Source: Chiloscyllium plagiosum
Lineage: Eukaryota
NCBI RefSeq assembly: GCF_004010195.1
Contig: NC_057720.1
Span: 13,006,932-13,030,458, forward strand
Direction of reading: 5' to 3'
DNA: 23,527 bases
Both the position numbers and the translations under genes were made by a program. The notes beneath the pieces were generated by a model. It saw nothing but the letters and a program-made list of their open reading frames with translations. It was not told where the DNA came from and searched no databases. Positions 20,944 through 23,527 of this stretch are shown here, one piece after another; positions within the stretch are counted from its first letter, which is position 1, and each line of letters begins with the position of its first letter.

Positions 20944-21650
20944 ACTTCATTTACACACTTAATGGTAAGGTCCCAGGGAGTGTTGCTGAACAAAGAGACC
21001 TTGGAGTGCAGGTTCTGGAGTTGCAGGTGGATAGGATAGTGAAGAAGGTGTTTGGTATGCTTTCCTTTATTGGTCAGAGCATTGATGGTTAGACCACTGT
21101 TGGAATATTGCGTACATTTCTGGTCTCCTTCCTATCAGAAAGATGTTGTAAAACGTGAAAGAGTTCAGGAAAGATTTACAAGGATGTTGCCAGGGTTGGA
21201 GGATTTGAGCTATAGGGAGAGGCTGAACAGGCTGGAGCTGTTTTCCCTGGAGCGTCGGAGGCTGAGGGGTGACCTTATAGAGGTTTATAAAATCATGAGG
21301 GGCATGGATAGGGTAAATAGACAAAGTCTTTTCCCTGGGGTGGTGGAGTCCAGAACTAGAGGGCATAGGTTTAGTGTGAGAGGGGAAAGATATAAAAGAG
21401 ACCTAAGGGGCAACTTTTTCACACAGAGGGTGGTACGTGTATGGAATGGAGGAAGTGGCGGAGGCTAATACAATTGCAACATTTAAAAGGCAATTGGATG
21501 GGTATATGAATAGGAAAGGTTTGGAGGATAATGGGCTGGTTGCTGGCAGGTGGGACTAGATTGGGTTGGGATATCTGGTCGGCATGGATGGGTTGGACTG
21601 AAGGGTCTGTTTCCGTGCTGTACATCTCTATGGCTCTATGACTCTATGAC
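20944..21650 (+). mobile_element. 5'-truncated HER1/CR1 LINE with internal deletions
   Basis: 'VRPLLEYCVHFWSPSYQKDVVKRERVQERFTRMLPGLEDLSYRERLNRL..RGDLIEVYKIM..FFTQRVVRVWN'; 3' tail (ACTCTATG)n. Confidence 0.97.
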
Positions 21651-22207
21651 AAACAGATGCACCATGGGATTGTAAATGGATTGAAGACAATTTATTTTGT
21701 AGATACAGACAAAGCCAAGGGCTCCCTGTTTAACTCATTCCCATTTTATAATTGTGAGAACATGTAAACCCCGATACCGAGTTAGAAAGCATATACAATT
21801 TCAGCTCCTTCATTTCAATGACTGAGCCAAAATGGAAGTCACTGAAAACAAATTGTGAGTGCGAGCAGCAGCAGAGTGTAAAGGAACCCGGAAGGCTACA
21901 GCTAAGGTGAGACAGTTTGTTTTAAAATTACTTACCGGTAGCGGGCAGCGGTGTTTTTTTCTCTTCACAGAAAGAGCGGGAGCAGCAGGGGGAAGTGACG
22001 AAGACCAGAGAGGCAGCCGAGTAGGTTTTTTCCCTATAAAAGCGCACAGGAGAAGAACCCGAGGCACTACAGAGGTAGTGTCTCCCACCCTCCCTCCTCC
22101 TCTAACCTAATAATAAGACCCTTAGTGGTAAGTAGGTAAGTGCTGCATTTTGCTTGTTCTATTTTTTAGACCTAGTTTTTTTTAAAATAAAGGTTACTTT
22201 TAGAGGA

Positions 22208-23124
22208 ATGGCAGTGAAGGCAGTGCAATGTTCCTCTTGCAACGTGAGGGATGCCATGGCCGTCCCTGCTGATTACACTTGCAGGAAGTGCACCCATCTC
22301 CAGCTCCTCCAAGACCGTGTTAGGGAACTGGAGCTGGAGTTGGATGAACTTAGGATCATTCAGGAGGCAGAGGGGGTCATAGATCGGAGCTTTAGGGAAG
22401 TAGTAACTCCAAAGATTGCAGACAGATGGGTGACAGTGAGGGGGACTGGGAGGAAGCAGCCAGTGCAGGGACGCCCAGCGGCCGTTCCCCTCAAGAACAA
22501 GTATACCGTTTTGGATACTTGTGGGGGGGACGACTTACCAGGGGTAAGCAATGGGGTTCAGACCTCTTGCACGGAGCCTGTCCCCATTGCTCAGAAGGGA
22601 AGGGTGGAGAAGAGCAGAGCAATAGTTATTGGGGACTCGATAGTTCAGGGCACAGATAGGCGGTTTTGTGGGGGCGAGAGAGACTCACGTGTGTATGTTG
22701 CCTCCCAGGTGCAAGGGTACGTGATGCCTCTGATCGTGTTTTCCGGGTCCTTAAGGGGGAGGGGGAGCAGCCCGAAGTCGTGGTCCACATTGGCACCAAT
22801 GACATAAGTAGGAGGAGGGCTGAGGATGTTAGGAAGGCTTTCAGGGAGCTAGGTTGGAAGCTCAGAGTTAGAACGAACAGAGTTGTTGTCTCTGGTTTGT
22901 TACCGGTGCCACGTGATACAAAGTCGAGGAAAGGGAGAGAGAACAGTTAAATGCGTGGCTACAGGGATGGTGCAGGAGGGAGGGATTACGGTATTTGGAT
23001 AACTGGTGTTCTTTCTGGGGAAGGTGGGACCTCTATAAACAGGTTGGTCTACACCTGAACCTGAGGGACACCAGTATCCTTGGCGGGAGGTTTGCTAGTG
23101 CTCTTGGGGGGGGGTTTAAACTAA
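22208..23124 (+). pseudogene. CR1 ORF1p: CxxC zinc finger, leucine zipper and SGNH esterase, frameshifted
   Basis: 'CSSC..CRKC', 'LQDRVRELELELDELR', 'VIGDSIV', 'VHIGTND' and 'KQVGLHLN' (DGLH mutated). Frameshifts near 22690 and 22935. Confidence 0.9.
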
Positions 23125-23147
23125 CTCTGCAGGGGCATGGAACCTAG

Positions 23148-23527
23148 ACTGTAGCATCAATCTCAAAGGAGGGTACCTGTAAACAGGAAAGTTGCTTGAA
23201 GTGTGTATACTTCAATGCAAGAAGTATACTAAATAAGGTAGGTGAACTTGCAGCGTGGGTTGGTACCTGGGATTTCGATGTTGTGGCTATTACGGAGACA
23301 TGGCTAGAACAGGGACAGGATTGGCTGGTGCAGGTTCCAGGATTTAAATGTTTTAGTAGGGACAGAGGTGGGGGTAAAAGAGGGGGAGGTGTGGCATTGC
23401 TTGTCAAAGATAGTATTACAGCGGTGGAAAGGACGATGGATGAGGACTTGCCATCCGAGGTAGTTTGGGCTGAGGTTAGGAACAGGAAAGGTGAGGTCAC
23501 CCTGTTAGGAGTATTTTACAGGCCTCC
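23148..23527 (+). CDS. CR1 ORF2 N-terminus: apurinic/apyrimidinic-type endonuclease (partial, open to window end)
   Basis: Manual translation: LKCVYFNARSILNKVGELAAWVGTWDFDVVAITETWL..RDRGGGKRGGGVALLVK..LLGVFYRP. Confidence 0.9.

Larger units (their letters stand above)
21858..23527 (+). mobile_element. 5' portion of a CR1 LINE with its 5' end preserved (5' UTR, ORF1, start of ORF2)
   Basis: CpG-richer leader followed by ORF1 and the APE domain; runs off the window. The exact 5' boundary is uncertain. Confidence 0.92.

Noticed and set aside
1..23527. CRISPR array, prokaryotic operon or intact viral gene
   Set aside because: There is no regularly spaced repeat-spacer array and no long non-retroelement ORF; the content is typical vertebrate interspersed repeats.

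Overview
Repeat-dense, apparently non-genic (intergenic or intronic) DNA from a cartilaginous fish. The HE1-type V-SINEs and HER1/CR1 LINEs point to a shark, probably a bamboo or carpet shark; this is an inference from remembered repeat families. No host protein-coding exon can be supported. More than half of the window is layered retroelement debris: five HE1 SINEs, several CR1 LINEs (one retaining its 5' UTR, zinc-finger/esterase ORF1 and the start of the APE endonuclease at the right edge), a Rex1/Babar-type LINE, three solo LTRs with target-site duplications, other tRNA-derived SINE families and an 848-N assembly gap. The most interesting signals are five degenerate minimal hammerhead-ribozyme motifs of the Penelope-like-element type, a CR1 5' UTR with promoter, hairpin and intron-like signals, two SINE/LINE tail-sharing pairs, and multi-level nested insertions. 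I found no clear evidence of a wholly new biological system. Family names are from recall and were not checked against a database.
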